Of a stretch of DNA of 64,000 bases, positions 60,975 through 64,000 are shown in pieces. How positions within the stretch are numbered: the first letter of the stretch is position 1; the number at the start of each line of letters is the position of its first letter. Both the position numbers and the translations under genes were made by a program. Under the pieces are notes generated by a model. It saw only the letters and a list, made by a program, of their open reading frames with translations. It was not told the DNA's origin and did not search any database. Source of the DNA: Haliotis rubra (lineage: Eukaryota); the NCBI RefSeq assembly GCF_003918875.1, contig NW_025765325.1, positions 496,001 through 560,000 of the forward strand, in the 5' to 3' direction.

Positions 60975-63900
60975 TTTCTTCACCTCTAGTACAATGGAAT
61001 TGCAGAGGACTCAGGACGAATTTGAATGATTAACATCTTTTAGTCCAAGATTTTAAACTGTCAGCATTCTGCTTACAAGAGACATATCTGAAGCAGACAG
61101 ATCATTTTGCCTTGCGTCAGTATAGGGCATATCACTATTTTTCTCCTCCAGGGGACAGGGCCACTGGAGGATCGTCAATCCTTGTTAAGAATGATGTAAC
61201 CCACAGCCCCGTTATACTTAAAACAAATCTGCAGGCCGTTGCAGTACGACTCACTTTACATGTTGCAGTTACTTTGTGCTCTTTGTACACTCCGCCTTCA
61301 TCAACTGTCCAACTAGCAGAACTCCAAGCTCTGTACGATGAATTGCCTAAACCATGTATAATCATGGGCGATTTAAACGGACACAATCCACTCTGGGGTA
61401 GTGCAACAACAAACGCTAAAGGCAAAATTCTGGAGGATTTCATTATGAATAACAATTTATGCATTTATAATAATGGTTCCAATACATATTTACATCCTGA
61501 CACAGGAACATATTCAGCTCTTGATTTGTCAATTACTGACCCCAACCTATTGAATGAATTTGAATGGTCAGTCCACGACGACCTCTGTGGAAGTGACCAT
61601 TTCCCTACAATACTAGAACCCGTGCATCCATCTGATGTTCCTCAAGTGTCGAGATGGAATTTTAAAAGGGCCAGTTGGCACTTATTTGAAACTCTCTGTA
61701 CTGACAAGCTTAGACCTGAAATTTTCATTAATGTCCCTGATGCCATAAAATGCTTTTTTGATGAATTGCATAACATAGCTGACGAGTGTATCCCAAAGTC
61801 CTCTGTAATTCCTCACGTACGCAAACCGTGGTTTAATGATAACTGCAAAGAGGCTCGTAAGGCGCGGAAAAAGGCTGAGCATTATTTCCGTCGCCATCCC
61901 ATGGTCCATAATTTGAACAAATTTAAAATTTTAAATGCTAAAGCAAGGCGTACTTTTAAGCAAAATAAACGTCAATCTTGGCGAAACTATGTATCTAAAA
62001 TACATGCACGTACGCCGATTTCGAAGGTATGGAATATGATCCAGAAAAGCAAGGGTAAGGGCTGTAGATCTAGCATTCAACATCTGAAAGATAGGAATCA
62101 GTTATTGACTGATAAATCGGATATTGCAAATAAGCTTGGTGAGACACTGGCTAAACATTCTTCCTCCTCTAATTATGTACCTAAATTTCAAAAGTATCAA
62201 CAACAGAAAGAACGGAAATCTATTAATTTCAATTCAGATAATGGGGAAGATTACAATGAAATATTTTCGATTCATGAGCTCCATACTGCTCCTGACCAGG
62301 CCCACGATACTGCTACAGGAGCTGATAACATCCGTTATCAACTCCTGAAGCACTTACCGGAATCATGTTTAGAAACCCTTTTGAATATTTTTGATGACAT
62401 TTGGACGTCTGGAAAGTTTCCTTCCTCATGGCGTGATGCTATTATTGTCCCCATACCTAAACCTGGACGTGATCATACCGATCCTTCGAATTATCGACCT
62501 ATTTCTTTGACAAGCTGCGTTTGCAAGACCATGGAACGCATGATTAATAATCGTCTCGTTTGGTACTTAGAAACTAATAACCTACTCACAGATGTTCAAT
62601 GTGGTTTCCGCAAAAACAGAAGTACCATCGATCACTTAGTACGTTTGGAAGCATTTGTGAAAAACGCTTTAATCAATAAACAGCATGCAGTGTCTATCTT
62701 TTTTGATCTCGAAAAAGCATATGACACAACATGGAAATATGGCATTTTAAAAGATTTACATGGTTTTGGATTGAGAGGTCGTTTACCTCAGTTCATATCC
62801 AACTTTTTAAATGACAGACAGTTTCAAGTCCGCGTGGGATCTACCCTGTCTGACCATTACAATCAGGACCAGGGTGTCCCACAAGGCAGTATTTTGTCTG
62901 TCACTCTATTTAGCATTAAAATAAACAGTTTGGCAAGTGTTTTAAATGATTCGATTGATGGATCACTTTTCGTGGATGATTTTAATATATCTTGCCGTGG
63001 GAAAAACATGCATACTATTGAAAGGCAACTACAGCTTTGTTTAAACAAGATCGATCAATGGTGTTTGGAAAATGGCTTTAAATTTTCAAAGTCAAAAACT
63101 AATTGTATCCATTTTTGCCGAAAATACAAGCCTCACAAAGATCCAGATTTATATTTAGATGACACTCCTATTAAGGTAGTAAAAGAAGCGAAATTCTTGG
63201 GTTTAATTTTTGATGAGCACTTGACCTTCCGACCGCATATTAAATATTTAAAAAATAAATGCCTGAAGGCCCTTGATTTGCTGAAAGTTGTCTCTAATAC
63301 AAAATGGGGAGGGGATCAGAAAAACCCTCCTCCAACTGTACCGAGCACTTATACGTTCGAAACTGGATTATGGATCCATCGTCTATGGTGGCGCCTGCAA
63401 AAAGCAGCCTTCAACTTCTTGATTCTGTCCACCATCAAGGTCTGAGACTATGTCTTGGATCTTTCCGAACTTCTCCTATTGACAGTCTTTATGTCGAAGC
63501 TGATGAGCCATCTTTACAACATCGCCGCATCAAATTGTCTTTGCAGTATATCACAAAACTTTATTCTAATGAATCCAACCTTGCTTATACCAGTGTATTC
63601 AATCCTCTTTATGAGGATCTGTATAATAAAAAATCTTCTCTTATTCCACCGTTAGGAATAAGAATAAAACCATTCCTTTCTGAATCTGGCATTGAGCTAG
63701 ATAATATAGCTCCTTACCGTCTTCCTTCTTCTCCGCCTTGGCAATTAGTAAGACCACAAGTTGACCTCACACTGACAAAGTTTAAGAAAGCAGAAACTAA
63801 TGAATTACAATATAAACAAGAATATAATCAATTAAAAAGTAAATATCATACATACAAATCCTTATTTACAGATGTGTCCAAGGATGGTGGCGCGGTGGCA

Positions 63901-64000
63901 TGTGCCACTGTAATTGGCTCCCGAACAATATCTTCTCGGCTACCAAATAACAGCTCCATTTTCACAGGAGAAGCTAACGCCATATTAACAGCTCTTAGAT
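60971..64000 (+). pseudogene. LINE ORF2 (APE endonuclease, reverse transcriptase, RNase H)
   Basis: VQWNCRG, GDLNGHNPLWG, SDHFP, YRPISLTS, FFDLEKAYD, QGVPQGSILS, LFVDD, FTD.SK. One stop and one frameshift. Confidence 0.92.

Larger units (their letters stand above)
59026..64000 (+). mobile_element. I-group/Nimb-like LINE copy 3 (best preserved; runs off the window in RNase H)
   Basis: Intact ORF1. ORF2 from ~60971 has an in-frame stop at ~61031 and a frameshift at ~63322. Confidence 0.96.

Noticed and set aside
61112-63445. Active LINE ORF2
   Set aside because: An upstream in-frame stop (~61031) and a frameshift (~63322) make this copy non-autonomous.

Overview
Eukaryotic, repeat-rich animal DNA. 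The SINE and LINE repertoire suggests a mollusc, possibly a gastropod such as abalone; this is inference. The only host gene is the 3' part of a spliced SLC5-family sodium:solute symporter (SMCT/SLC5A8-like), with 10 exons on + from 823 to 18265. The rest is mobile DNA. There are three I-group (Nimb-like) non-LTR retrotransposons with CCHC ORF1 and EN-RT-RNaseH ORF2, four SINE-like families, a Penelope-like relic, and Tc1, pogo, Merlin, Harbinger and EnSpm-like transposons, plus tyrosine-recombinase relics and minisatellites. The most interesting signals are at RNA level. (1) All three LINEs begin exactly at G1 of a compact 58-nt HDV-like ribozyme with almost no P4, followed by conserved structured UTR blocks, although their ORF1s are highly divergent. 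(2) An abundant ~250-nt SINE-like family shares the LINE 3' stem-loop tail but has no tRNA/5S/7SL head. It starts instead at a fixed position with a conserved pseudoknot-capable ~75-nt fold that matches no ribozyme class I can recognise, so it is a candidate new self-processing RNA. All structures were derived by eye and are untested.
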